Assembly: GCA_963836715.1 (NCBI GenBank)
Contig: CAWIKH010000001.1
Span: 81,705-145,704 of the forward strand
Source: an uncultured Solirubrobacterales bacterium
GTDB taxonomy: Bacteria > Actinomycetota > Thermoleophilia > Solirubrobacterales > Solirubrobacteraceae
Length of the DNA stretch: 64,000 nt
Direction of reading: 5' to 3'
The notes beneath the pieces were generated by a model. The model was not told where the DNA came from, did not search any database, and saw only the letters and a list, made by a program, of their open reading frames with translations. Shown piece after piece: positions 53,473 to 62,270 of this stretch. The translations under genes were made by a program, and so were the position numbers. The first letter of the stretch is position 1; every line of letters starts with the position of its first letter.

Positions 53473-54045
53473 CTAGGTCGTCGCCGGCTCGCTCAGCACC
53501 GTTCGCTCCGCGACGTCGGCGGCCTCCTCGATCAGTGCTTTCACGTCCTCTTTGGGCTCGCGGAAGCGGCCGAGCACGTAGGCCGCGACGCGGTCGGGAT
53601 CGGTCGTCGGCGGTCGCCCCACGCCGATCCTGATGCGGGTGAAGTCGGGCGAGCCCAGTCGCGCTCTGAGCGACTTGAGTCCGTTATGGCCGGCGAGGCC
53701 GCCACCGGTGCGGACCCGTATCTCGCCGAACGGGAGATCGATCTCGTCGTGGATCACGAGCACGCGGTCGAGGTCGACCTTGAGCGCGCCCCGCGCCGGC
53801 CCGACCGAGTCGCCGGCCTCGTTCATGTACGTCATCGGCCGCAGGATCGCGATCCGCGGCCCGCCCGGGCCGGTCCGGCCTTCGGTCAGCACGCCGCGAT
53901 ACTTCGACTTGGCCTTTGGGAGATCCCAGCGTTTTGAGAGCACACTGGCGACCTCGAACCCGATGTTGTGACGGGTGCCGTCGTACTCGCCGCCCGGATT
54001 CCCGAGGCCGACGATCAGCCAATCGACAGGTGCTTCGCCCGGCAA
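53473..54045 (-). CDS. pth: Peptidyl-tRNA hydrolase
   Basis: IVGLGNPG, TRHNIGF, YMNEAG, HDEID, GHNGLKS. Confidence 0.97.
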   Translation of the reverse strand: MPGEAPVDWLIVGLGNPGGEYDGTRHNIGFEVASVLSKRWDLPKAKSKYRGVLTEGRTGPGGPRIAILRPMTYMNEAGDSVGPARGALKVDLDRVLVIHDEIDLPFGEIRVRTGGGLAGHNGLKSLRARLGSPDFTRIRIGVGRPPTTDPDRVAAYVLGRFREPKEDVKALIEEAADVAERTVLSEPATT

Positions 54046-54060
54046 CTCGGCTCGGGCGGG

Positions 54061-54756
54061 CTACTCGCCCTCGTCCCCGCCTTCGCTCTCGCCGGCGCCC
54101 TCTTCGCCGGCTCCCTCCCCGGCCTCCGCGGCGGCCTCGCCCTCGGCCACGAGCTCGGTCTCCTCCTCGATCCCGGGCTCCACCTCGAGCTGCAGGCGCG
54201 GGGCGCTGAGCGTCGCGATGACCGTCTCGGGATCGTCGAGCAGGGTGACGCCGCGGGGCGGCGTGACCGCCTCGAGCGTGAGTGTGTCGCCGATTTGCAG
54301 AGTCGAGACGTCGTGGGGGATCACGTCCGGGATGTCCGTCGGGAGGGCCTCGATCGTGAGCTCGCGCGTCACCTGCTCGAGCACGCCGCCCTCCTTGACC
54401 CCTGGCGAGTCCTCGGACCCGACGAGGTCGAGCACGACCGTCGCGCTGATCGCGACGTCGAGCCGCACGCGCAGCATGTCGATGTGAACGGTGTGGCCGG
54501 TCACCGGGTGGCGCGAGATCTCCTTGACCACGACCGGCGTGGCCGCATCGCCACCGATGCTCAACTCGAGCACCGCACCGGCATGCGCGAGCGCGGTGCG
54601 CAGCAGCCGGGCGTCGACCTGGAACGCCACCGGGTCTTCGCCGCCGCCGTAGAGCACGCCGGGAACGCTGCCGTCGCGACGCAGCCGTCGCGCCGCTCGC
54701 GATCCGGCGGGCTCGCGGCGCTCAACTGCAAGCGCTGTCGTCTGTGCCGTCGCCAT
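54061..54756 (-). CDS. rplY: 50S ribosomal protein L25/Ctc
   Basis: ARRLRRDG.VPGVLYG, HIDM, GVKEGG, acidic tail. Confidence 0.95.
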   Translation of the reverse strand: MATAQTTALAVERREPAGSRAARRLRRDGSVPGVLYGGGEDPVAFQVDARLLRTALAHAGAVLELSIGGDAATPVVVKEISRHPVTGHTVHIDMLRVRLDVAISATVVLDLVGSEDSPGVKEGGVLEQVTRELTIEALPTDIPDVIPHDVSTLQIGDTLTLEAVTPPRGVTLLDDPETVIATLSAPRLQLEVEPGIEEETELVAEGEAAAEAGEGAGEEGAGESEGGDEGE

Positions 54757-54908
54757 GACCGGCGAGTGATGGTAGCGGGCGGGCAGTCGTGAGGGTCCGA
54801 CACCGGTGCTGCCCCGCTTGCATGGCTCGCCGGGGCCCGCGCCACCGCCGCCAACCGACCTCCAGACACCCCTTCACCGACGAACAACAGCGCGCTAAGC
54901 TTGACTCT

Positions 54909-55238
54909 ATGTCGGGCGACACTCAGCTGATGCTGATGATCGCCGGGATGCACCTCCTGGGACTCGTTTGCGCGGCGGTGCTGATCATTCCCGCGCTGCG
55001 CGACAGCCCTGAGATCCCGCCGAGCCGTCCGGATTCGGGGTCAGACGGTGGCTGGGGTCGCGGTCCCGACCTCCCGCCAAAGCCGGCGCCCGACGCTCCG
55101 CGCGGCGGCATCCCGCTCCCCGACGCCGAGCCGGCGCTGATTCGACTGCGCGACCATCGCCGGTTCTCCGAGCAGCTCCCCGAGCGCGGGCGCCGGCCCG
55201 CCCGCGAGCCTGACCGCAGGCCGGTCAGATCGCACTGA
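54909..55238 (+). CDS. Hypothetical protein (one TM plus Pro-rich tail)
   Basis: Hydrophobic N-terminus; DGGWG, GGIPLPDAEPA..RLRDH. Confidence 0.6.
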   Translation: MSGDTQLMLMIAGMHLLGLVCAAVLIIPALRDSPEIPPSRPDSGSDGGWGRGPDLPPKPAPDAPRGGIPLPDAEPALIRLRDHRRFSEQLPERGRRPAREPDRRPVRSH

Positions 55239-55256
55239 GCCGGCGTAGGAGCCATC

Positions 55257-55712
55257 TCAGTAGTGCGCCGGGCAGGCGGCATCGCTGGCGATCCGCCGGC
55301 TGACCTCGAGCAGCTCGACGCGTAGCCCGCTGATCGGGTTGCCGGCGCGACGAACCTTGACGCATTGCACGATCGGCAGCGAGGAGCCGACGTCCCACGC
55401 CACCCGCGCCGTCCCCTCGGTGCCGCCGAGCGAGAAGCTCGTGGACGGCTGTATCTGGATGATCGAAACCGCGCCGGCGTGCTTGAGCGCCGCCGCGTTC
55501 ACGACAGCCCGCTGCCCGCAGGACGGATCGGTCCGGCATCCAAGGATCTCGCCGAGGATCGCGTTCGGATCGCCCTTGGCCTCCGACTGCACCAGCGACG
55601 TGATCGCGGACTGCTCGGCGCTGTTCGCGCTGAACACCCTCGCCAGCAGGGCGCTGATCACGAGGAACAGCAGGATCCCGGCGACGATCGCGACGATGTA
55701 CACGCGGCGCAC
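55257..55712 (-). CDS. Hypothetical membrane-anchored protein with 4 Cys
   Basis: N-terminal TM; GTG 6 nt after TAGCTT. Confidence 0.65.
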   Translation of the reverse strand: MRRVYIVAIVAGILLFLVISALLARVFSANSAEQSAITSLVQSEAKGDPNAILGEILGCRTDPSCGQRAVVNAAALKHAGAVSIIQIQPSTSFSLGGTEGTARVAWDVGSSLPIVQCVKVRRAGNPISGLRVELLEVSRRIASDAACPAHY

Positions 55713-55768
55713 GGCTCGAAGCTAAGCGCACCCGCGCGCCTCGCGGAGGCCTACTCACTCCGCGGGCG

Positions 55769-56476
55769 CTATTCGCTCAATTCGAGGAACCGCTCGACCG
55801 ACGCCTCCTGGTGATCCAGCCGCTGCGCCAGCGTGCGCGCGTGCTCGGCCGCCGCCTCGAGGAAGTCCTCGACGCACCGCTCGGGGTCGTCGGCCAGCGG
55901 ATAGATGCGGATCACGTCCTGCTGGGCGCAGGCGATGCCCATCGGTGGCTTGCCTTCGGCGAGCGTCCGAGCGCCGCACACCGGCGTCACCAGCAGGTGC
56001 GACTCGGGCGCGATCAACGCCGTTGGGAGCAGCCGATGGGCGGGCAGGCGGACCGACAGCTCGATCGAGTGGTCGACGTTGACATCGCTGCCGAGCAACT
56101 CGCCCAGCGGTTCGCGCCACACGTCGAGCACGACGTCGGCTCCCACGAGCGCGTCGCGAAATGCGGTGGCCTGCTCGATGTAGAGCCGCTCCGCATCCGC
56201 GCGATCGTCGGCGTCGGCAAGGTCGAGATCGCAGGGCACGCGCAGCATCTCGCTCGCCGCCACAGTCGTCCCGGCCGCCCGGCTTCCACGCGCCACGTAA
56301 GTCTGAAGCGTTCCGAGATCCCGGCGGCCGTGAAAGATGACCGTCACCGAATCGCTGAGCGGCAGCCCCCCCACCTTCAGCGATACGGCAATCGACGAGG
56401 ACTCATCCAAGAGCGCCCGCCGCAGCAACTCCTCTGCCGAGCCTTCCCCTCCGGGCCTTGAATCCTCTTCGAGCAT
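55769..56476 (-). CDS. Conserved hypothetical protein
   Basis: GGAGG SD; clean 235-aa ORF (VIFHGRRDLGTLQTY, PVCGARTLAEG). Confidence 0.7.
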   Translation of the reverse strand: MLEEDSRPGGEGSAEELLRRALLDESSSIAVSLKVGGLPLSDSVTVIFHGRRDLGTLQTYVARGSRAAGTTVAASEMLRVPCDLDLADADDRADAERLYIEQATAFRDALVGADVVLDVWREPLGELLGSDVNVDHSIELSVRLPAHRLLPTALIAPESHLLVTPVCGARTLAEGKPPMGIACAQQDVIRIYPLADDPERCVEDFLEAAAEHARTLAQRLDHQEASVERFLELSE

Positions 56477-56578
56477 CTCGGGTGTGCCTCCTCCCGATCC
56501 CTTGCAGTTACAGCAGGTTAACTTCTACTCCATCCCGCCGCTATGTCCCGATGGATAGGAGGGTAGGCTCCCAGCACC

Positions 56579-56878
56579 ATGAAGATCCTTTACAAGCCGT
56601 TCGGGATCATCGCCGGCCTGATCGGCGCGAAGATCGCGAACACCGTCTTCAAGTCGCTGTGGACCCGGATCGACGAGGAAGACCCGCCCACGCCGACGAC
56701 GGCGGAGGCGAGCTTCCCGAAGGTCGTGGGCGCGGCGGCCCTCGAGGCCGCCACGATGGCCGCGATCGGAGCGGCGGTCGACCGTGCCAGTGCCCGGACG
56801 TTCCACCATCTGACGGGAATCTGGCCTGGCGAGCGCCGCCAGCCCGAGCGCCGCGAGCTCGAGCGGCCCGAGCAATAA
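56579..56878 (+). CDS. DUF4235 family protein
   Basis: MKILYKPFGII…F..LW…VDRASAR.F..LTG.WPG. Confidence 0.8.
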   Translation: MKILYKPFGIIAGLIGAKIANTVFKSLWTRIDEEDPPTPTTAEASFPKVVGAAALEAATMAAIGAAVDRASARTFHHLTGIWPGERRQPERRELERPEQ

Positions 56879-56885
56879 CGGGCGA

Positions 56886-56975
56886 TTACGGCGCAACCGC
56901 ATCCGCGGCGGCGCCGCGGCCGAACTTCACCGGCGTCGCCTCCATCGTGAAGACCGTCTCGTGCTCGAATGCCAT
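56886..56975 (-). pseudogene. 29-aa remnant resembling the N-terminus of hydroxyacid-oxoacid transhydrogenase (Fe-ADH family)
   Basis: AAGGGAG SD plus MAFEHETVFTMEATPVKFGRGAAADAVAP*. Confidence 0.55.
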
Positions 56976-57011
56976 CGATCTCCCTTGCAGTTTTATCCGT
57001 GCACCCGCCGG

Positions 57012-57438
57012 CTATCCGGACGAGTCCGCCAGCACACACCACGGCTCGAGCCCCTCCCGAGCCCACGCGGGGATCGGCGCCTTCTCGAGCGTCTTGAGGT
57101 CGACCAGCACGTGGCGCAGGTCGCCCTCGGCCACCACCTCGCCGCCACAGCGGGCGGCATGGCTGGTCAGGATGCTCGTGTTGCCCGATGTGCGTGACCG
57201 CGACCGACAGGGCCAGCTCGTCGTCAAATCGCGCCGGCTTGCGGAACCGCAGGTGGACCTCGGCGAGGACGATGTCGATCCCGTGGTCGAGCATCGCCTG
57301 GTAGCTCCCGTACGCGGCGCGCCAGAGCTCGGTCATGCTCGTGTCGAAGTAGGTGAGGTAGTGCGCGTTGAACGCGATCCCCTGGAGGTCGCATTCGCCG
57401 TAGCGGACCCGGAGCATGTGGACGAGCGGCTGACTCAC
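57012..57438 (-). CDS. YbgC/4HBT-family acyl-CoA thioesterase with a frameshift near 57185
   Basis: RVRYGECDLQGIAFNAHY, PARFDDEL; continues as GNTSI…HVLVD…PIPAWAR in the adjacent frame. Confidence 0.85.
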
Positions 57439-57447
57439 CGCCCTCCA

Positions 57448-57798
57448 TCAGCCACCGCGTCTGAGCACGAACCCGCGCTCGGCGAGATCGCCGAGCGCGC
57501 CCTCGAACGCGCCAAAGTCGCGGCCCAGGAGCGCGTCGATCGGCCTTCCGGACGGCCCCGCCGCCCGCACCCAGCGCTCGAGCACCGCCGGCCCTGCGTG
57601 CTCGGCGGCCTCGTCGAGCAGGTCGAGCAGGATCGGCAGCTCGCCTCGGTGGTCGAGCTGGCCGGACAGAAGCGTCAGCGGGTCAACGTCGAGCACCTGA
57701 CAGAGCTCCTCCTCGGTCAGCCCGAGCAGCTCCATCAGGCGGACGGCGCGGCCGCTCTGGGCACGCCAGCCGAGCTGCGGATCATCGCGCTCTCCCAT
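57448..57798 (-). CDS. Hypothetical protein resembling an Xre/MbcA-type antitoxin
   Basis: LGLTEEELCQVLDV (HTH-like), RWVR..GPSGRPIDALL. Confidence 0.55.
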   Translation of the reverse strand: MGERDDPQLGWRAQSGRAVRLMELLGLTEEELCQVLDVDPLTLLSGQLDHRGELPILLDLLDEAAEHAGPAVLERWVRAAGPSGRPIDALLGRDFGAFEGALGDLAERGFVLRRGG

Positions 57799-57856
57799 CT
57801 CGCCGGCAGATGATTCCAGGCCGCAGCGCGCGGCTCCCCCCGGACTGCGGAGCGCG

Positions 57857-58876
57857 TCAGAACAGCTGGTTCTCGCCGCCGAACACGTCGCTCACCGATC
57901 CGTCCGTGAAGATCTGGCGGATCGAGCTCGTGAGCAGGTCCGCGCAGGACAGCACGCGCACGTTGTCGGGCGCCCCGGCGGGCAGCGGAATCGTGTCGGT
58001 GACGACGATCTCCTCGAGCCGCGCCGCGGCGAGCTGATCCCACGGATGGCCTGAGAAGACACCGTGCGTGGCGGCGGCGTAGACGCGCTTGGCGCCCGCC
58101 TCGTACACGGCCTCGGCGGCCGCCCGCAACGTCCCGGCGGTGTCGATGATGTCGTCGACGAGGACGGCGTTCTTGCCGGCGACGTCGCCGATCACGTACC
58201 CGATCTCGGCGACCTGCTGGTTGGGGCGCTCCTTGTTGAGGATCGCCAGGTCCGCGCCGATCTTCGATGCGAACTGCTTGTTCAGCTTGACGCGGCCGGC
58301 GTCGGGCGCGACGACCACAAGGTCGTCGAGTCCGAGGTCCTGGAAGTACTGCGTGAGCATGAACAGCGCGGTCATGTGGTCGCAGGGCTTCTGGAAGAAC
58401 CCCTGGATCTGGCCCTGGTGCAGGTCCATGGTCAGGATCCGGTCGATCCCGGCCGACTCGAGCATCCGCGCGACCATCCGGGCGCTGATCGGCTCGCGCG
58501 GGGCCGACTTCTTGTCCTGGCGCGAGTACCCGTACCAGGGGGTCACGGCGATCACGCGGTGCGCGGAGCCCCCGACGGCCGCGTCGACCATCACCATCAG
58601 CTCCATCAGCGCGTCGTTGGCGCTGAGGCCTGTGTCGGCGTTACCGCAGGTGGGCTGGACGATGAACACGTCCGCGCCCCGGACCGACTCCTCGTAGCGG
58701 CAGTAGACCTCGCCGTTGGTGAACGTCCTGAGCGTGATCCCAGCGAGCCCGACGCCCAGTTTGGAGGCGATCTTCGCCGCCAGATTTGGGTTCGCGCGGC
58801 CCGAAACCAGCATGAGCCGCTTGCTGTAGTCCAGCACCAGCTCGCTCCGTGGGAGAGGCGTCTCGAGCAGGCTCAT
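57857..58876 (-). CDS. prs: Ribose-phosphate pyrophosphokinase
   Basis: YGYSRQDKK, MDLH..QIQGFF, APDAGRV, VDDIIDTAGT, ATHGVFS. Confidence 0.97.
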   Translation of the reverse strand: MSLLETPLPRSELVLDYSKRLMLVSGRANPNLAAKIASKLGVGLAGITLRTFTNGEVYCRYEESVRGADVFIVQPTCGNADTGLSANDALMELMVMVDAAVGGSAHRVIAVTPWYGYSRQDKKSAPREPISARMVARMLESAGIDRILTMDLHQGQIQGFFQKPCDHMTALFMLTQYFQDLGLDDLVVVAPDAGRVKLNKQFASKIGADLAILNKERPNQQVAEIGYVIGDVAGKNAVLVDDIIDTAGTLRAAAEAVYEAGAKRVYAAATHGVFSGHPWDQLAAARLEEIVVTDTIPLPAGAPDNVRVLSCADLLTSSIRQIFTDGSVSDVFGGENQLF

Positions 58877-58961
58877 TGTGGAATCGAGTGTAGGGTCGAA
58901 AGGAGACGGATCGTCGTCTCGGAGCTACTAGGTCGAGGGGGTTGATTCTCTCGTATCGCTG

Positions 58962-60395
58962 CTATCCGAAGCCGTTGTCCTGCAGCACATTCTTATCGTT
59001 GCCGACCGCCGGCCGCGACTCCAAATCTCGCTGCTTGCGACGTTCGCCGTAGCCGTCGACGTTGGTCTGGCGCGCGCGGGCGATACCGAGCTCGCCCGGC
59101 GGCACATCGTCGGTGATCACCGAGCCGGCGCCCGTGTAGGCGCCGTCGCCGAGGCTGACCGGCGCCACGAACATCGTGTCGACGCTGACGAACGCACCGG
59201 CGCCGATCGACGTGCGGTGCTTGTTCTGGCCGTCGTAGTTGGCGGTGATCGTCCCAGCGCCGATGTTGGCCCGCTCGCCGATGTCGGCATCCCCGATGTA
59301 GGACAGATGCGGGACCTTCGCGCCGGCCCCGATGTCCGAGTTCTTGATCTCGACGAACGTACCCGCCTTCGACCCCTCGCGCAGGACGGCGCCCGGCCGC
59401 AGATAGGCGAACGGCCCGACGCTGACCCGGTCGCCCACGTCGGCTCCGTTGAGGTAGGAGTGGACCACGGTCGCCTGTGCGCCGATCCGGGTGTCGATCA
59501 CCGTCGACAGCGGGCCGACGGTGGCGCCGGCGCCGATCTCGGTGGAGCCGTGGAGGCTCGAGAAGGGCGCGATCGTGGTGTCCGGCCCGATCCGCACATC
59601 GACGTCGATCACCGTCGTCACCGGGTCGACGATCGTGACGCCGGCGAGCATGTGGCGCTCGTGGATCCGGCGCTGCGCGACCGCCCTGACCGCCGCCAGC
59701 CCGACCCGGTCGTTGACGCCGAGTTCGCTGGCGTCGTGGATCTCGTGCGCGAGCACGCTCCGCTCGCGCGACCGCATGATCGGCACCACGTCGGGTAGGT
59801 ACAGCTCGCCCTGCGCGTTGTCGCTACGGACCTCGTCGAGCGCAGCGAGCAGCGCCGCGCCCTCGAACGCGTAGATGCCGGTGCTGATCTCGCGGATCCG
59901 CAACTCGAGCTCGGTGGCGTCGCCCGGGGCCTTGGTCTCGACGACGCGCTCGACCGTGCCGTCGGGCGCCCGCACCACCCGCCCGTAGCCGCTCGGATCG
60001 TCGAGCACCGCGGTGGCGAGCGTCGCCGCCGCACCCGACCGGGCATGCGCCTGCGCCAGGCCGGCCAGCGTCTCCGCCGTGATCAGCGGGTGATCGCCGT
60101 TCAGCACGATGACGGTGTCGCTCGGGCCGATGTGCGCCGCCGCCGCCTTGACCGCATCGGCCGTGCCGCGCGGCTCCTGCTGCACGGCCACCGTCACCTC
60201 GCCGTCCAGCAAGGCCTGCAGCGGCCGGTCCGGACCCTCGACCACGACCACCTTGGCGGCGCCGGCGGCGCGCGCAGCCGCCACCGGCCAGGCGATCATC
60301 GCCCGACCACACACCTCGTGGAGCAGCTTGGGCGTCGCGGAACGCATCCGCGTGCCCTGCCCGGCGGCAAGGATCACGACGACAGGCGCGGCCAC
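58962..60395 (-). CDS. glmU: Bifunctional UDP-GlcNAc pyrophosphorylase/glucosamine-1-P acetyltransferase
   Basis: LAAGQGTRMRS..PK, GYGRVVR, GELYLPD, HLSYIGDA, NYDG. Confidence 0.97.
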   Translation of the reverse strand: MAAPVVVILAAGQGTRMRSATPKLLHEVCGRAMIAWPVAAARAAGAAKVVVVEGPDRPLQALLDGEVTVAVQQEPRGTADAVKAAAAHIGPSDTVIVLNGDHPLITAETLAGLAQAHARSGAAATLATAVLDDPSGYGRVVRAPDGTVERVVETKAPGDATELELRIREISTGIYAFEGAALLAALDEVRSDNAQGELYLPDVVPIMRSRERSVLAHEIHDASELGVNDRVGLAAVRAVAQRRIHERHMLAGVTIVDPVTTVIDVDVRIGPDTTIAPFSSLHGSTEIGAGATVGPLSTVIDTRIGAQATVVHSYLNGADVGDRVSVGPFAYLRPGAVLREGSKAGTFVEIKNSDIGAGAKVPHLSYIGDADIGERANIGAGTITANYDGQNKHRTSIGAGAFVSVDTMFVAPVSLGDGAYTGAGSVITDDVPPGELGIARARQTNVDGYGERRKQRDLESRPAVGNDKNVLQDNGFG

Positions 60396-60449
60396 GCCCA
60401 GGATCGTAGGGGATCGGCGGCGGCGGGTGGACGCCGGCTCGTCGTGGAT

Positions 60450-61233
60450 TCAAGCCGCGTCTCGCCTCGCTCGGGCATCCTCGCGTCTCCACGCCTCTAT
60501 TTCGCGCTGGTACTCGTACCAGCGAATCCACTTGCGCACGGCGTTGTCCGAGACCCCATACTTGCGCCCGATCGCCGCGAAGCTCATCGCCGCTACGTCG
60601 GCCATCAGCTGTTCGTAGGAGGGCCGCTCGACCTTGCGGCGTTCCGGTCGCGGTTCGCGAGGTCCCTTGCTGCTGTTCACCGCAGCCCGGCGAGCAATAG
60701 CGGTGGCTCGTGTACTTGGGGATGAACGTCGCCCCGCACCACAGGCAGCTTCGCGGGTTGCGATCGCGCCGGTTCTTGCGACCGCAATGCGTATCGAGCG
60801 TCGCGGCGCAGTTTGGACAGACGATCTGGAGGTTCTCGAACCGGTTGTCGTTGGGGACGCCATTGATGTGGTCGAGGATCAAAGCCATCGAACGACCGCG
60901 CCACTCCTCACCCTGCCCGCACAGCTCGCACTCTCGTGCCTTCAGGCCTGCGTCGTAAAGGCGGCGCTTGAGATGGTTGCGGTGATACGTCGAGTGCTCG
61001 ACGAGGATCAGTTCGAGCGGAATGGCTGGGCTGGGCGCCCGCCGGGAACGCAGCGCCCAATATGGATCGAAATGCTCGGTCGAGAGGTCGCACCGCTCGA
61101 TCAGCTTCTTCAACGTCCCGTGGTTGCCTCCGGCGGGTCGGAGTCCGAGCAGTCGCAGCGCCTGGGCCATGCTGTGGGCGCATGCGACCGCCTCTCGAAC
61201 CTGCTTCTCGGTGTACCGCGGCGTCCGCGCCAT
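60450..61233 (-). CDS. HNH endonuclease with Zn-finger and C-terminal HTH; frameshift at ~60640-60685
   Basis: CELCG…LDHINGVPNDNRFENLQIVCPNC; C..CG..F…YCS..C; SFAAIGRKYGVSDNAVRKW in the adjacent frame. Confidence 0.85.
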
Positions 61234-61237
61234 GCCC

Positions 61238-61251
61238 CGAACATTAGTTCG
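61238..61251. promoter_or_regulatory. LexA (SOS) box upstream of the HNH gene
   Basis: CGAAC-ATTA-GTTCG matches the Gram-positive consensus CGAAC-N4-GTTCG; 4 nt from the ATG. Confidence 0.8.
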
Positions 61252-61306
61252 TGCACCGGACGGAAAACAACCGGTTTAGCAGGTCTTTAGTTGAGTGGCC
61301 TGGAGG

Positions 61307-61378
61307 CTGGGGAGCCAGGACTTGAACCTGAACTTGAACATCCAAAGTGTTCTGTGCTGCCGATTACACCACTCCCCA
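61307..61378 (-). tRNA. tRNA-Gln (anticodon UUG)
   Basis: TGGGGAG/CTCCCCA acceptor, GAACA-cTTTGGa-TGTTC anticodon arm, GGTTCAAGTCC T-arm; usual position upstream of glmU. Confidence 0.95.
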
Positions 61379-61572
61379 ATGCATGCATCCGAGCGGCCCG
61401 GTTGACGTTATCTCATCCTCGCCGACCCGCAGACAGCCGCGTCCGCCGGCCCGCGCTTCTGGCAGGTGGTAGTCGTGTCGGTGCCGGGTGGCGTGCAGAG
61501 CGTCTCCCGCGAGATGTGCCGGCCCGAGTCGGAGATGTCGAACAGATACGGCGGGGTGGGTCGATTGCGCGG

Positions 61573-62232
61573 CTACCGCCCGCGGCGGAGGATCGTCGCG
61601 ATGTCTTCCGGGAGCAGCGGATCGGCGAGCGCCGCGCGCACGTCCGCCGGCCGGTGCAGCGCGCGCTCGGCGCGCAGGATCCCGACCTCGTAGCCGACGT
61701 CGCGGATCGCGGTCAGGGCCACCCCCATCACGTCGTTACGCCACGTCTGCTCGGGCAGCGCGAACAGGTCGGGGAGCGGGCGGGCGATCCCGACCAGGTA
61801 CAGGCCGCCGTCGATCGCCGGACCGAGCACCACATCGCATCCGGCGCTCAGGTCGTCGAGCGCCCCCTTGGCGTGGGCCGTGCGAAACCGCGGCAGGTCG
61901 GGCCACACGATCAGCAGCGGGCCGCCGGCCCGGGCCAGCACGCGCGCGGACGCATCCCCGAGCCGGCCGGCGATCCCATCCCCGTTCTGGGGAAACAACA
62001 CCGCGCCCGAGCCGACCAGGCGCCGCAATTCCGTCCCCGCGTCGGGAGGGTCGTGGGCGACGTGAACCGGAGTCGGTGAGATCTCGCGGGCCCACGCGGC
62101 CGCGTGCGCGATCAGCGCGGATTGCAGCTCGAGGCATCCCTCGCGGCCGAGCAACGGCTCGAGCGCTCGGCGGACCTCGCCGGCTCGCGGCGCGCGGGCC
62201 ATGATGAGGACAGCCGGGCCTAGTCCGTTCAC
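61573..62232 (-). CDS. DUF2064/CofC-like nucleotidyl- or glycosyltransferase
   Basis: IMARAP..G, PQNGDGIAGRL, DLP, VVLGPAIDGGLYLVG. Confidence 0.75.
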   Translation of the reverse strand: MNGLGPAVLIMARAPRAGEVRRALEPLLGREGCLELQSALIAHAAAWAREISPTPVHVAHDPPDAGTELRRLVGSGAVLFPQNGDGIAGRLGDASARVLARAGGPLLIVWPDLPRFRTAHAKGALDDLSAGCDVVLGPAIDGGLYLVGIARPLPDLFALPEQTWRNDVMGVALTAIRDVGYEVGILRAERALHRPADVRAALADPLLPEDIATILRRGR

Positions 62233-62270
62233 CGCCGGGACCCTACCGCCGCCGGTCCATCTCAAGGCCC

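Noticed and set aside
59824-60449. Long C-terminal extension of the HNH ORF overlapping glmU
   Set aside because: Artefact of the frameshift; the natural HTH C-terminus ends at 60450 in another frame.
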